DNA of 64,000 nt from Terriglobia bacterium (GTDB lineage: Bacteria; Acidobacteriota; Terriglobia; Acidiferrales; UBA7541). The position numbers and the translations under genes were made by a program. Below are positions 30,754 to 40,958 of the stretch, one piece after another. Every line of letters begins with the position of its first letter. The stretch's first letter is position 1. The notes under the pieces were generated by a model. That model made no database searches. It was not told the origin of the DNA and was given only the letters and a program-made list of their open reading frames with translations. Where the stretch lies: positions 800,001-864,000 of the forward strand of contig OY968796.1 in NCBI GenBank assembly GCA_963695545.1. Direction: 5' to 3'.

Positions 30754-30920
30754 CGGGGGCTATATACACCCCCGGTACCAAATTCATAAAATGATGAAAT
30801 CAAAGGGCTTCCAGGAAAAGAGTGCGGATGAGTGTGAAAATACGCGTGTTGATATCGCCTGGTTTCAATGAGATGCGCACTCTTTTGCAATGAACTGAAA
30901 ATAAATGGTTTGCAGGGGCG
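30754..30920. repeat. Dispersed AT-rich intergenic element, copy B
   Basis: AAAAGAGTGCGGATGAGTGTGAAAA (25 nt) and TGCGCACTCTTTTGCAATG identical to copy C. Confidence 0.85.
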
Positions 30921-31036
30921 ATTGGGGACAGAAAGTTGCGGGTTGACGAGTCGTTGCGCCTCGGCGGCTGGCCGGAGTCTAGCGAGAGCGAGGGTGAAAC
31001 TCGACGGCGAGAATGCGTGTTCGCAAGTCACAGCCG

Positions 31037-31066
31037 AGAATAACACGAAGCATACTGATACGTCAA
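31037..31066 (-). promoter_or_regulatory. Sigma70-type promoter of element copy B
   Basis: TTGACG, 18 nt, TATTCT with extended TGn; no convincing same-strand gene downstream. Confidence 0.55.
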
Positions 31067-31085
31067 CGTATATTTCTATTGTATT

Positions 31086-31120
31086 CGAATAGAATGGGTG
31101 AAAAATACCCATTCTATTCG
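31086..31120. repeat. Perfect 14-bp inverted repeat with 7-nt spacer
   Basis: CGAATAGAATGGGT-GAAAAAT-ACCCATTCTATTCG. Confidence 0.85.
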
Positions 31121-31196
31121 TTCGAAGAGAGGTGCAGGGCGAGCGCCGGACGAAGCGCTCGGCTGAAGACCATCGCATGTTCGGCTATTACCCGAA

Positions 31197-32681
31197 TCAG
31201 ATGCCGGCCTCCTGGCCGAAATACTGGTAATCTTCGCGCCAGCCGCCCTGGCCCTGACCGATGATTTTGTAATTCTCGACGAATTCGATTGCACGGATGT
31301 ACTTCACCATCGTGAATCCAAGCTGTGTCTCGAGGCGCAAGCGAAGCGGCGCTCCGTGATCGAGCGGAAGCGGCTGGCCGTTCATTTCATAGGCCAGAAT
31401 CGTTTGCGGGTCTTGCGCCAACTCCAAGCGAATCGTGCCGTAGAAGTAGCCCGGTCCTTGAGCGTGAGGTTCCGAGGTGGATTTATTATCGAACGCGTAG
31501 AAGACAATGTATCGCGCGGAAGGAAGCGGCCGGCAGAGCGCGACGATATGATGCAAGGATACGCCACCCCACTCCGCAACGCCGGACCATCCCTGGATGC
31601 AACAATGTTTGGTGATTTGAGTTTGTTTCGGCATCGCGCGGAGGTCCGCCAGCGTCAGGCGTAGTTGCTTTTCCACCAATCCGCCGATCTCGAGGCTATA
31701 GTTCGCGAAGTTCTCGCGCGCCATGGCCAGAAAACTTTCTTCTTTCGGCGGCCGGCCGTTCACCCAAAAGTATGGCGAGACATCCGCGCGCGAGTAATGC
31801 TGAGAGGACACCTGATGGCCGAAAAGCAACGCGCGCACCGGATCGGTGATCGATTGAGTGGCATGCTGGACAAAGCGCGGGCGGCGACGGGAACACACGG
31901 TTGTGACAATGTGAATGGCCGCGACGCCAGTCAGCCCGGAGAGCCAGACCACAAGAGCAAGCGTCAGATGCGGATCGCGCGTCTCACCGAGAACAATCAG
32001 CGCCAGCTCCGTGCGAAAACCGTGCAGAGCCACGATCGCGACGTGCACAATAAAGAATAGGATGAACGCGCAAAGAGCCAGGAAATGCAGGCTGCGCGCC
32101 CCCTGGCGCCCGCGAAAGATTTTGATATACCACGGGAAACGCGCGGCGACGGCTGGAGACATGGCGATGCCCGTGGCGATACTGAACGGTGCGAGCAGAA
32201 ATATTACCGCCGCATAACTCAACTGCTGCAAAGCGTTGTAGCCTCCCGGCGTCTCCACGATGTGGAAGCTCAGATACGTGAGCGCCGCGTGCCACGCGGC
32301 CGGGACAATCTGCCAGGAGGTGGGAATCAGCCGCCGCCACTCCGGCGTGACGAACAGCATCACGATGTACGTCAAACCCGTCAGCAGCCACGCGAAATCC
32401 GCGAGAAAGTGCCAGTGCCGACCGAGACCCAAATTTTCGTGGCCGGGCAGGGCAATCGCGGATGGGAAGGAGGTTTCCTCATCACTCGCGGTCCAGAGCC
32501 GGTCCGGCGGCCGCTGCTTCTTCGTGAACTTGAGCCATTCGCTGCCGGGCGCGCAGTGATCGTTCCAATAAAGCCTGGGATGTGCGCTTAAAATCTCGAG
32601 ACCGCTGCGAACGAGAAGGGACAGAAGAAGAAAATTGAAGAAGTGCGCCGCGCGTAACCACAATGGGTAATCAAGAGACAT
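31197..32681 (-). CDS. Cytochrome b domain fused to a sulfite-oxidase-family molybdopterin oxidoreductase
   Basis: Heme His helices (RAAHF, RHWHF, RSLHF), YNALQQLSY; HCCIQGWS, LAYEMNGQPLPLDHGAPLRL. Confidence 0.88.
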   Translation of the reverse strand: MSLDYPLWLRAAHFFNFLLLSLLVRSGLEILSAHPRLYWNDHCAPGSEWLKFTKKQRPPDRLWTASDEETSFPSAIALPGHENLGLGRHWHFLADFAWLLTGLTYIVMLFVTPEWRRLIPTSWQIVPAAWHAALTYLSFHIVETPGGYNALQQLSYAAVIFLLAPFSIATGIAMSPAVAARFPWYIKIFRGRQGARSLHFLALCAFILFFIVHVAIVALHGFRTELALIVLGETRDPHLTLALVVWLSGLTGVAAIHIVTTVCSRRRPRFVQHATQSITDPVRALLFGHQVSSQHYSRADVSPYFWVNGRPPKEESFLAMARENFANYSLEIGGLVEKQLRLTLADLRAMPKQTQITKHCCIQGWSGVAEWGGVSLHHIVALCRPLPSARYIVFYAFDNKSTSEPHAQGPGYFYGTIRLELAQDPQTILAYEMNGQPLPLDHGAPLRLRLETQLGFTMVKYIRAIEFVENYKIIGQGQGGWREDYQYFGQEAGI

Positions 32682-32695
32682 GGTTCATGGCATTC

Positions 32696-33289
32696 TTAAA
32701 CTCTGGCTTCTCGTTTTTTTTTGCGCAGCTTCCCTCGAGAAGCGTCGGGGGCGATGCGTCCGCGAACAGGATTTTCATCGGGGTACGAGATGCGGCAACC
32801 TTGGACGCGCGCGAACGGAGTGAGCGAGTGAACGCGGGAAGCATTCACGCTCATAATGTCGTCAACCTCGATCCCGCGCACAGTCAACGCATCGGCGATG
32901 AGCGAACGATGGCAACGCCACGGAACCGCTTCCGCGCACATGATCGCGCTCTTCTTTTGCCCGGCCAATTTGATCAATCGATCCAAGCCCGCTTCGAATT
33001 CCGGAGTCTGCATATAATCGGCGAAGCCACGAAATGAGGCATTGCGCCAGCCCATGTTCGGCGAATCGCGCTTTGCACCGCGCAAGCCGCCGAGCTTTCG
33101 CAAATGCACGTAGCCGATTCGCGCGGCGCGCAGTTTTTTCGACAAGGTCTCGCGATTGAATTGCGGATTGTGTCTAGATCGGGGGATACCGCGTACGTCG
33201 ATGACGCGCTTGACGCGATGCGCCCGAAGAAGATCGAGAAAATCCCGCCAGGTCCGCGACGAATGCCCAACCGTCAAGATCGTGCGCAT
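32696..33289 (-). CDS. DUF488 family protein
   Basis: TVGHSSR, DVR..PRSR.NPQFN, LGGLR, FRGFADYM, MCAEAVPWRCHRSLI. Confidence 0.9.
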   Translation of the reverse strand: MRTILTVGHSSRTWRDFLDLLRAHRVKRVIDVRGIPRSRHNPQFNRETLSKKLRAARIGYVHLRKLGGLRGAKRDSPNMGWRNASFRGFADYMQTPEFEAGLDRLIKLAGQKKSAIMCAEAVPWRCHRSLIADALTVRGIEVDDIMSVNASRVHSLTPFARVQGCRISYPDENPVRGRIAPDASRGKLRKKKREARV

Positions 33290-33335
33290 CCCGCTCGTTA
33301 CCTTTCTCGCGACGGGTGCGGTGCCGCCCCGCGGT

Positions 33336-33557
33336 TCAAAGCTGAGCGATCGCCCGCTTACCACGTTCTGTCAGCGCGTAAAAGTCGCCACCACACTCGG
33401 CCAGCATGCCCGTGCGCGTCAATTCGTCTATGGCGTCGAGCACTTCACGCCGCGCGGCTGGTTCATTGCCTGCCGCCTCGAATAGCGAGTGCAGATCCAG
33501 CCGATCTTTCGCCATTTCTCCGAATAGCCGCAGAACACGCAAAGAGAGTGGCTCCAT
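33336..33557 (-). CDS. Small hypothetical protein, winged-helix-like
   Basis: SD GAGG before ATG; L...GML......YALTERG pattern of wHTH wings. Confidence 0.55.
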   Translation of the reverse strand: MEPLSLRVLRLFGEMAKDRLDLHSLFEAAGNEPAARREVLDAIDELTRTGMLAECGGDFYALTERGKRAIAQL

Positions 33558-33680
33558 TGTGAACCTCGCCGGGATACCTGCCCATGATCGCGCCTTCTAC
33601 CGCTCCGCCAAAGTGCAGTGTTCGCGGTGAGCGCAAGAAAGCCAGAGAAAGTGTACGGAATCCGGATCCGCCAACACCCG

Positions 33681-34151
33681 CTACTTCCGTTTATCGCGGG
33701 GAATCTTCTTCGCGCGCGCCTTCGCCTTCACAATCTTCGTTTCCTCCGGCCATGAGAGCGTCAGCAGAAAGGCACTGTCTTCGGAGGCCTCGACGTCGTG
33801 CGGCACGCAATGATCGAGGGCGAGCAAGCGACCGGCCGGAAGATCCACAACCTGCTCTGGCATATGGAGCCGGATACGTCCGTAAAGCGAATGCACCGAG
33901 ATTCTGCCTGCCGCCGTGTGCTCATGCATACGCGTATTGGCCTTCATAGCGATCAGCACGATGCGGAGATCCGGATATTTTACGAGCGTCTTCGAACTTC
34001 GCCCCGCGGGTTGCAGCCATGATTCATCCCGGTGCAGCTCGTCGAGTTCGCTGGCTAGGCTGAATTGGAGCACCGATCCACTCAGGGTCCCATCAATTGC
34101 CTCGTGCCCAACGGAGCGCTGCGGCGATTCTTTTCTCTTCGGTTGTGCCAT
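33681..34151 (-). CDS. Cupin-domain protein
   Basis: MHEHTAAGRISV...G.I and VPHDVEA.EDSAFLLTL. Confidence 0.8.
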   Translation of the reverse strand: MAQPKRKESPQRSVGHEAIDGTLSGSVLQFSLASELDELHRDESWLQPAGRSSKTLVKYPDLRIVLIAMKANTRMHEHTAAGRISVHSLYGRIRLHMPEQVVDLPAGRLLALDHCVPHDVEASEDSAFLLTLSWPEETKIVKAKARAKKIPRDKRK

Positions 34152-34515
34152 GGCGGTTTTCCTTTCTCTTCATCCTGCTCAGATGAGTTGAGTGCGGAGC
34201 GGCTTGACCCCCAAAGCCTCAGGCGAACAAACCAGGAACACACGGTTCCGGGTTTTTGCCGCCGTCATTTCTTGCTTCCGAGCTTCGGGTCGACGGTGAG
34301 CGATCCGGATTCCGGCGGCGCTAAATACACCCCGGCTGAGACGTTATCTTAGATACTGGGGAAAAGTGTTTCCGTGCAGAAAGGAACACATTTCAGCGCG
34401 GGTCCCAGACTCGCAACAGCAGCTGCGGATGGCGTTTGGAGGCGGCGGGGTGTATGGTGTCGGCGAATCGAGGATTGGCAATGAAAATTCTCGCCGAAAT
34501 ATTTGGGAGATCAAA

Positions 34516-34773
34516 ATGAAAAAGCCCTGGCTGGCCGCGCTGCTCAGCTTCCTGATCGTTGGCTTGGGACTCGGTTACTTAGGAAAGTGGGGATGGGCCG
34601 CGCTTAATTTCTTCGGCGTGATCGCCGCGGCGCTGATCGTAAACCGTTTCAGTCCCGATTCGCTGAGCTGGATTGGGCCCGCATTGGGCGCCGCGAGCGC
34701 GAGCATTGCGTTCCAGGCGGCCAAAGCGATGAATCAAAGAGCTCTGGTGCAAGCCGCGCCGCAGCAGTCCTAG
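34516..34773 (+). CDS. Small membrane protein (TM2-like)
   Basis: KKPWLAALLSFLIVGLG..YLGK; SD GGGAG. Confidence 0.7.
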   Translation: MKKPWLAALLSFLIVGLGLGYLGKWGWAALNFFGVIAAALIVNRFSPDSLSWIGPALGAASASIAFQAAKAMNQRALVQAAPQQS

Positions 34774-34884
34774 CGATAGCGCGTCCGTGCGGTGAGGCGA
34801 CGGATGCATGCGGACGACTTCGCTGGAAGAGCGGCACCAACGCTGTCCGAAACCGATTTCAGCCGATTCCCCCAGGAGGACACA

Positions 34885-36447
34885 GTGATTCGCGACCATC
34901 GAGGGCACGAGATCGCGCTATTGGCGTGCGCAGTGGTGCTGGGCATGGGCAGCCATGCGGCGGCGCAGGTGCGCACGGCTTCGGGCTTGCTGGAGGGCGC
35001 GACAAGCGCGGACGGGAAAGTGCGAATCTTCAAAGGCATTCCATTCGCGGCGCCGCCGGTGGGCGAGCTGCGCTGGAGGGCGCCGCAACCTGTTGCGGCG
35101 TGGACGGGGGTAAGAAAGGCCACGGAATTCGGCGCGCGCTGCATGCAGGGCAATATTTTCCCCGACATGGTTTTTCGCGATAGCGGCCCGAGCGAAGACT
35201 GTTTGTATCTGAACGTGTGGACTCCGGCGAATTCCGCCGCGGCGCGATTGCCGGTGATGGTGTGGATCTTTGGTGGAGGATTCGCCGCCGGTTCGACATC
35301 CGAGCCACGGCAGGACGGCGAAGTGCTCGCGAAAAAAGGAGTGGTAATCGTGAGCATGAATTATCGCCTGGGGATATTTGGATTTTTCGCGCATCCCGGG
35401 CTCACAAAGGAATCTGGGCACAACGCGTCGGGCAATTACGGATTGCTGGACCAGGTGGCGGCGCTCGAGTGGGTGCAGGCGAATATTGCGGCGTTTGGCG
35501 GCGATCCGCGCAACGTGACGATCTTCGGTGAATCGGCGGGATCTTTTTCGGTGAGCGCGCTGATGGCCTCGCCGCTATCGCGCGATCTGTTCGAGCGCGC
35601 GATCGGCGAAAGCGGCGCGTTCCTGGGCAAGACGCCGGTGGCGAAATCACTCGCTGACTCAGAAGCGGACGGAGAGAAATTTGGCGAGTCGATTGGGGCG
35701 AAGTCCCTGGACGCGCTGCGCGCCGTTCCGGCCGCCGATATTCTGGCCACCGCAATGAAGGAAACCGATTTCCGCTCCTGGCCGAATGTGGACGGATACT
35801 TTTTTCCGGAAGATCCCCACGCGATCTACGCGAGCGGAGAGCAGAGCCACGTGCCTCTGCTGGCGGGATGGAACCGGGATGAAGCCGCCTACACCGCCAT
35901 TTTCGGGAATGCCGATCCGACCGCGGCGAACTTCATCGCGCGCGCGCACGAGATCTATGGCGACGACGCCGACGCGTTGCTGAAACTTTATCCCGCGGCC
36001 ACGGATGCACAGGCCGTGCGATCCGCGCAGGATCTCGCGACCGACCGGTTCATCGCATTCGGCACATGGAAATGGATCGATATGCAGCTCGCCACGGGCG
36101 GATCCACTGTGTATCGCTATGAATTCGACGACGCGCTGCCGCAACCCGCGGGCGTGGCGTCACGCGGGGCGTACCACTCGTCGGAAATCGAGTTCGTCTT
36201 TGAAGCGCTGCCATCGAAAAATCTGCCGTGGCGGCCGGACGACGAAAAGCTATCGGATTTGATGTCAACGTACTGGACGAACTTCGCGAAGACCGGCGAT
36301 CCGAACGGCGCTGGATTGCCGGAGTGGCCCGCGTATGCTGCGGCGACGCAATTTCAAGTGATGCATCTCAGCTTCGATTCTCACGCGGAACCCGACGCTC
36401 ACCGGGCGCGATACGAATTCCTCGATGGATTGCCGCCCGGCAAATAA
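34885..36447 (+). CDS. Type-B carboxylesterase
   Basis: [33 protein letters not shown] nucleophile elbow; SD AGGAGG before GTG 34885; signal peptide. Confidence 0.95.
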   Translation: MIRDHRGHEIALLACAVVLGMGSHAAAQVRTASGLLEGATSADGKVRIFKGIPFAAPPVGELRWRAPQPVAAWTGVRKATEFGARCMQGNIFPDMVFRDSGPSEDCLYLNVWTPANSAAARLPVMVWIFGGGFAAGSTSEPRQDGEVLAKKGVVIVSMNYRLGIFGFFAHPGLTKESGHNASGNYGLLDQVAALEWVQANIAAFGGDPRNVTIFGESAGSFSVSALMASPLSRDLFERAIGESGAFLGKTPVAKSLADSEADGEKFGESIGAKSLDALRAVPAADILATAMKETDFRSWPNVDGYFFPEDPHAIYASGEQSHVPLLAGWNRDEAAYTAIFGNADPTAANFIARAHEIYGDDADALLKLYPAATDAQAVRSAQDLATDRFIAFGTWKWIDMQLATGGSTVYRYEFDDALPQPAGVASRGAYHSSEIEFVFEALPSKNLPWRPDDEKLSDLMSTYWTNFAKTGDPNGAGLPEWPAYAAATQFQVMHLSFDSHAEPDAHRARYEFLDGLPPGK

Positions 36448-36512
36448 ATTCGCGAAAGCTTGGCATGGGCCTGTCCGAGAAACGGTGTAATGACCGTCGA
36501 GGCTAACGCAAA

Positions 36513-38252
36513 TCAACCGAAGGTGAACGCGAAGGCTTGCACGCCGGGATCCAAGAACTCGATCTGGAATGTGCGATCTTCGACTTTGCCTTTTTGGCGG
36601 ATCAATTGGTAGAGGCGATACTCATTCACGACGCCGTTGCCCTGAGCATCGACATCCATTCCGTGGTCATCGAGCGGCGCAGCGCCATCGAGCAGCACGC
36701 GGAAACGGACGGGCCGGCCGTGCGGCCCGGGCCCCAGCACAAGATGCAAATCACGCGCGTGAAATCGAAAGATGATTTTGCCGGGCGCCGAGACGAGCAC
36801 GGCCCGCTCGCCGCCAACATTCCACGTGCCGGCCAGAGCCCAATCGTTCACATCGAGGCGGCCGGGAGCGGTATAGGCCTGCGGCGCATCTTGCTTGATC
36901 GGCTGCGGAGAAACATAGTTTTGCTGGCGCTCGTAGCCGACGTAGGTTTCCGGCGATTGAACGTCTTCGGCGTCTGAGGCGGCTTGCACGCCCGACGCGC
37001 TCACCTGAACTGTGCCGCTCACGTTCAGATTCGCATTCTTCTCTTTCAGCAATTCCTGGATGACTTGCTCGGACTTGTCATATTCGCCTTCACCGAAGTG
37101 GTGGTAGCGGATAATTCCGTGGGCGTCGATGAAATAGTGCGCGGGCCAGTATTCGTTGTTGAAGGCTTTCCAGATCGCGTAATTGCTGTCGATCGCGACC
37201 GGATAGGTGATCTTCAGTTCGCGCACGGCGTTCGCAATGTTTGATTGATCTTTTTCAAAGGCAAATTCCGGCGTGTGCACGCCGATCACCACGAGCCCGT
37301 CGTTCTTGTATTTCTCGGACCAGGCTTCCACATAAGGAATCGTGCGGAGGCAATTGATGCACGAGTAGGTCCAGAAGTCGATGAGCACGACCTTGCCTCG
37401 CAATTCTTCGCGCGTCAGTGGCGGAGAATTAAGCCAGGCGACCGCGCCATCCAGGCTCGGCATCGAGCCCTCATTGTCGAGTTGAACTTGGGCCGATTGA
37501 TCCGCGGCGGGGGAAATCTTCTCCGCGGCGTATGCGGCGGGGCGGAAGCGATCGACCAAGCGCTGCTCGAGACCGGAGGTGCCCGCAAGCGATACGCGCT
37601 GCAGAACTCCCGTATCCCAGCCGAACGCGATGGCAACCACGCCCACCAGAACGGCCACGCCCAATCCGCGGCGAATCCACTCCTCCGCGCCGAGGGATCG
37701 CTTCATCAGCGCGAATACTTTTTTACCGGCGAGCAGCGCCACGGCCAGCGAGCAGCCGGCACCCGCGGCAAACGCAAGGAGCAGGAACGCGGTGTGCGCG
37801 CTGGCTCCTTCAACAGCCGCGCCCGTGAGAATCAGCCCGAGGATTGGTCCGGCGCACGGAGCCCAAAGCAGACCGGTGGACACGCCGAGCAGCAGGGACT
37901 TTCCGATGCTTGGCGCTTCATTGGACTGGCCCTGCACGCGCCCGCCCAGCTGCACGAATGGCCGGGACAAAAATTCGGCGAGTGCGGGGAACAGCAGCGC
38001 GAGCCCGAGCACGCCAAAAATGACCATCGCTAAAATTCGGCCAATCTGATTCGCGCGAACCACCCATGCGCCTGCGACCGTGGCAACCGCCGCGACAAGC
38101 GCGAAGGTAATCGCCATGCCGGCCAGTAGAGGCAAGCCGCTGCGCCGGAACGGTTGGTCCGCGCGCGAGAAAACGAACGGCAAGACCGGCAAGATGCACG
38201 GGCTGACGATTGTAAGTACGCCGCCGACGAACGCGAGCAAGTACAAGAGCAT
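36513..38252 (-). CDS. dipZ: Cytochrome c biogenesis protein DipZ (CcdA + thioredoxin + C-terminal domain)
   Basis: SPCILP and WAPCAGP membrane cysteines; WTYSCINC; GVHTPEFAFE; SPETYVG. Confidence 0.93.
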   Translation of the reverse strand: MLLYLLAFVGGVLTIVSPCILPVLPFVFSRADQPFRRSGLPLLAGMAITFALVAAVATVAGAWVVRANQIGRILAMVIFGVLGLALLFPALAEFLSRPFVQLGGRVQGQSNEAPSIGKSLLLGVSTGLLWAPCAGPILGLILTGAAVEGASAHTAFLLLAFAAGAGCSLAVALLAGKKVFALMKRSLGAEEWIRRGLGVAVLVGVVAIAFGWDTGVLQRVSLAGTSGLEQRLVDRFRPAAYAAEKISPAADQSAQVQLDNEGSMPSLDGAVAWLNSPPLTREELRGKVVLIDFWTYSCINCLRTIPYVEAWSEKYKNDGLVVIGVHTPEFAFEKDQSNIANAVRELKITYPVAIDSNYAIWKAFNNEYWPAHYFIDAHGIIRYHHFGEGEYDKSEQVIQELLKEKNANLNVSGTVQVSASGVQAASDAEDVQSPETYVGYERQQNYVSPQPIKQDAPQAYTAPGRLDVNDWALAGTWNVGGERAVLVSAPGKIIFRFHARDLHLVLGPGPHGRPVRFRVLLDGAAPLDDHGMDVDAQGNGVVNEYRLYQLIRQKGKVEDRTFQIEFLDPGVQAFAFTFG

Positions 38253-38554
38253 GCAGCCATTCTCCTCTTTATTCGATACCATGCGAACGCGTAAGGTTTC
38301 GACTCGCGGAGTGCCACGCTGACGCCAATTCAACGCCCCAATCGGCGCAATCTAACTTATCCGTCCAACTTATACTACGGAGGATTTTTCTGCCTGGATT
38401 TATCGCCAAGAGGTGGATCGCAACGGGTGGAGTATTTGCCGATGTGGCGCGCTCAATCGCGGTGAGCCGCATCGCCAATCGAGAGAAAGTATACCGGTGC
38501 AGAAATGGCTCGCCGCTGGGCACGTTGTCGATGCGCGCGCCACCTGCGCACGGT

Positions 38555-39364
38555 TCATCGATGCAGAGTGATGCCGCGACCGAGAACGAAAATGAAAACG
38601 AGGGACATCGCGGTGGCCACCACGATCCACGCGTAGCTTCGAGAGATGGCCGCGGGCTCGCGCTGGGGCGCGGTTTTCTTGGGAATGTAATAGCGGAGCC
38701 AGAGAAGACCGGAATCGGCGCCGGCGGCGCCGGGCAGCGCGGACTCAAAGAATAATCGCAGTCCAAGCGGATTCAAGAGGCCCCCGGCGGAGAGAAGGAA
38801 TACCGCCGAAAAGTAAGGAATGTAGAGGAGTTTGGTGAGCCGGCGCGGTTGGCTCAGCGGAACGCCGACGTACCTTACGAGCGCGGTGCCCACGAGCAGT
38901 ACGGCGCCGGAATAGGTGACGATTCCGACGACGACTAGCAGCGTCTGCCAGAGCCAATGTGGGTGCATGGGGGCAATCACGTCTGCCCAGTCGCCGAAAT
39001 TGGTAACGCCGGAAAACAGGAAATATCCGGTCGCGCCGAAGAGGTTGAACGCCATGCCCGTGAGCAGAAAATAACGCAGGCGCATCGACGCGCGCTTTGC
39101 GCCGCTCAACGCCAGCCATAAAACAATTCCCAAGGCCAAATTCACGAGCGGTCCGCCGGCGGCGACGAGACGTAAGTCATACGCGCTGTTCCACGCGACG
39201 GTCGAGAGCACGCCGGATTGCGCGCCGGTCAGCAGGGCGACGCCGCCGTGCCCGAGTCCTTCGTGCAAAACATTCGCGAGGATCGCGGAGATGAGGCTGA
39301 TGGCGCAGAGCGTCAGCAGGTCGTCGTTCATCGGCACCGAAGTTGTGCTCGCAGCCGCAGCCAT
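38555..39364 (-). CDS. Polytopic membrane protein with M50-like zinc motif
   Basis: LHEGLGH in a TM helix, VAAGGPLVN, FGDW. Confidence 0.7.
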   Translation of the reverse strand: MAAAASTTSVPMNDDLLTLCAISLISAILANVLHEGLGHGGVALLTGAQSGVLSTVAWNSAYDLRLVAAGGPLVNLALGIVLWLALSGAKRASMRLRYFLLTGMAFNLFGATGYFLFSGVTNFGDWADVIAPMHPHWLWQTLLVVVGIVTYSGAVLLVGTALVRYVGVPLSQPRRLTKLLYIPYFSAVFLLSAGGLLNPLGLRLFFESALPGAAGADSGLLWLRYYIPKKTAPQREPAAISRSYAWIVVATAMSLVFIFVLGRGITLHR

Positions 39365-39426
39365 ATTCGCGCCCCCCAAACCTTGCGGTTAGGGCGACAT
39401 TCTACTCAAAAATTTGACCTGGAAAC

Positions 39427-40464
39427 CTACTGCCTGCCTTCGAGCGTGTTCTTGATGTTCGCGAGTTGGTCTTCGAGATTTGAGACCGAGCGGTCTACGG
39501 CGAGGTGGCGAATGATGGTGCCTTTGACGCCGGTCAGTCCGGCTTGCTCGGAGCCCATAGCCACGATCAGATAAAAACCGGGATGCGCAGGGTCTTGCCC
39601 GTCGCGGACGCAGAAGCTGAGGTCGAGCGCGGTCTCGAAATAGTGGCTGGAATAAAGCTGCTTTTCGGCGATGGCGTAGGCGAGATCGTCGCCGGGCTTT
39701 CCGCGCAGCGAGACGACCTGCACGACGCGCAGCGTGGGTTTCAATCCGAATGTCACATTCGACCAGTAGAACATGTTTTCGACGCCGGCGGGCCTGGCGT
39801 TGGGATAGGAGAGCAGGTAGTGGTAAAAGGCCGGCAAGCGCTCCGGGAAAACCTTGAGATAGCTGAGTATGTAGGCGAATTGGTCAGGCACCACAGTCGG
39901 ATCGGGGTGATCGTTGTAAACGCCCAGGACCTGATTCCCTTCGCGCTGATAGTTCAGCACGTGAGCGAGCATGGTTTTCTGCAAGAACTGATTCACTTGC
40001 GCGTCCGTGTCAGAGGCGGACCAATCGATGGATCGTTGCAGCTCTTCGATGGTGCTGGCCGGCATCTGAATCGCGCAGTCGCCGGGCTGGCATTTCCTGA
40101 GCGCTTGAACGTCATCGTCGTCGAAGGAGAAATTCTTAAAGTCGGAAAGCTGCGGAGGATTGCTGAGCACCTCGAGCGCCGCAGTGTAAGGGAGCGCGCG
40201 CAGGCGATTGACGTCGCGAGCGAAATTGTAATACGCCTCGGGAGCGGCGTTGACATAGACGGCGGCAAACAAGAACACTTCCGACGGCGCGCGGGATGGC
40301 AGGGCCTTGGCGACGGGGCGCCCGCTACGGATGGCGGCGATCTGGTCGTCAGCTAAGCCGATGTCTTGGCGAAAGAATGTCTGCAAGTCGGGAGGATCCG
40401 ACTGGGAAAACGCAGGCGCGGCGGCCGCAAACATCGAGAGCAACAAAGCGGCTGCGGCAATCAT
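39427..40464 (-). CDS. Secreted hypothetical protein
   Basis: Signal peptide from ATG 40464; globular sequence with FYWSNV.FGLKP and KQLYSSHYF; start uncertain. Confidence 0.7.
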   Translation of the reverse strand: MIAAAALLLSMFAAAAPAFSQSDPPDLQTFFRQDIGLADDQIAAIRSGRPVAKALPSRAPSEVFLFAAVYVNAAPEAYYNFARDVNRLRALPYTAALEVLSNPPQLSDFKNFSFDDDDVQALRKCQPGDCAIQMPASTIEELQRSIDWSASDTDAQVNQFLQKTMLAHVLNYQREGNQVLGVYNDHPDPTVVPDQFAYILSYLKVFPERLPAFYHYLLSYPNARPAGVENMFYWSNVTFGLKPTLRVVQVVSLRGKPGDDLAYAIAEKQLYSSHYFETALDLSFCVRDGQDPAHPGFYLIVAMGSEQAGLTGVKGTIIRHLAVDRSVSNLEDQLANIKNTLEGRQ

Positions 40465-40958
40465 ACTTCGCGTGTGCACAACTTTCCTCCCGGTGCTTTT
40501 TACTGCATCGCTTACGGTGCGTCCTTTGCCGTGGCGAGCTCTAGAGAGCCCGCACGCGGTAGAGCCCGCACTCGTTTGAAAATGGTGGTTATGTTTCCGA
40601 TTCGGCGAGGCCCGGGGAGCGTTCACTGGGCCGCGCGGCGGGCACTGCAGAATGAGACCGCCAGCGTGGCCGTCGAGATGCGTCCGATTGTGAGATCAGG
40701 TCGCCCTTGCTGATCGTCTCCGTTCCGAAGAACAAGAACACATATCAGATTCGCGGCAAGGCCGCAAATGCGCATCGCCGGCGTCGCATCCCCGGCGGCG
40801 TGGACTCGGCGCACCGGAATGTGCAGTGGCCGCGGGACGAACGGAAATCGGCCGCGGGAAGCGGCAATTCGGCTGGAAAGGCTCTCTTCAAGAATGTTCT
40901 AAAAAGCACAGTTCTGCTTCGCCCGATCTGAGGTACAATCCATCCAACACCGGGGTGG

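Noticed and set aside
33656..34314. 13-bp inverted repeat (CGGAATCCGGATC) flanking the cupin gene, suggesting a mini-transposon
   Set aside because: Short, partly self-palindromic, no target duplication or transposase; plausible by chance in 64 kb
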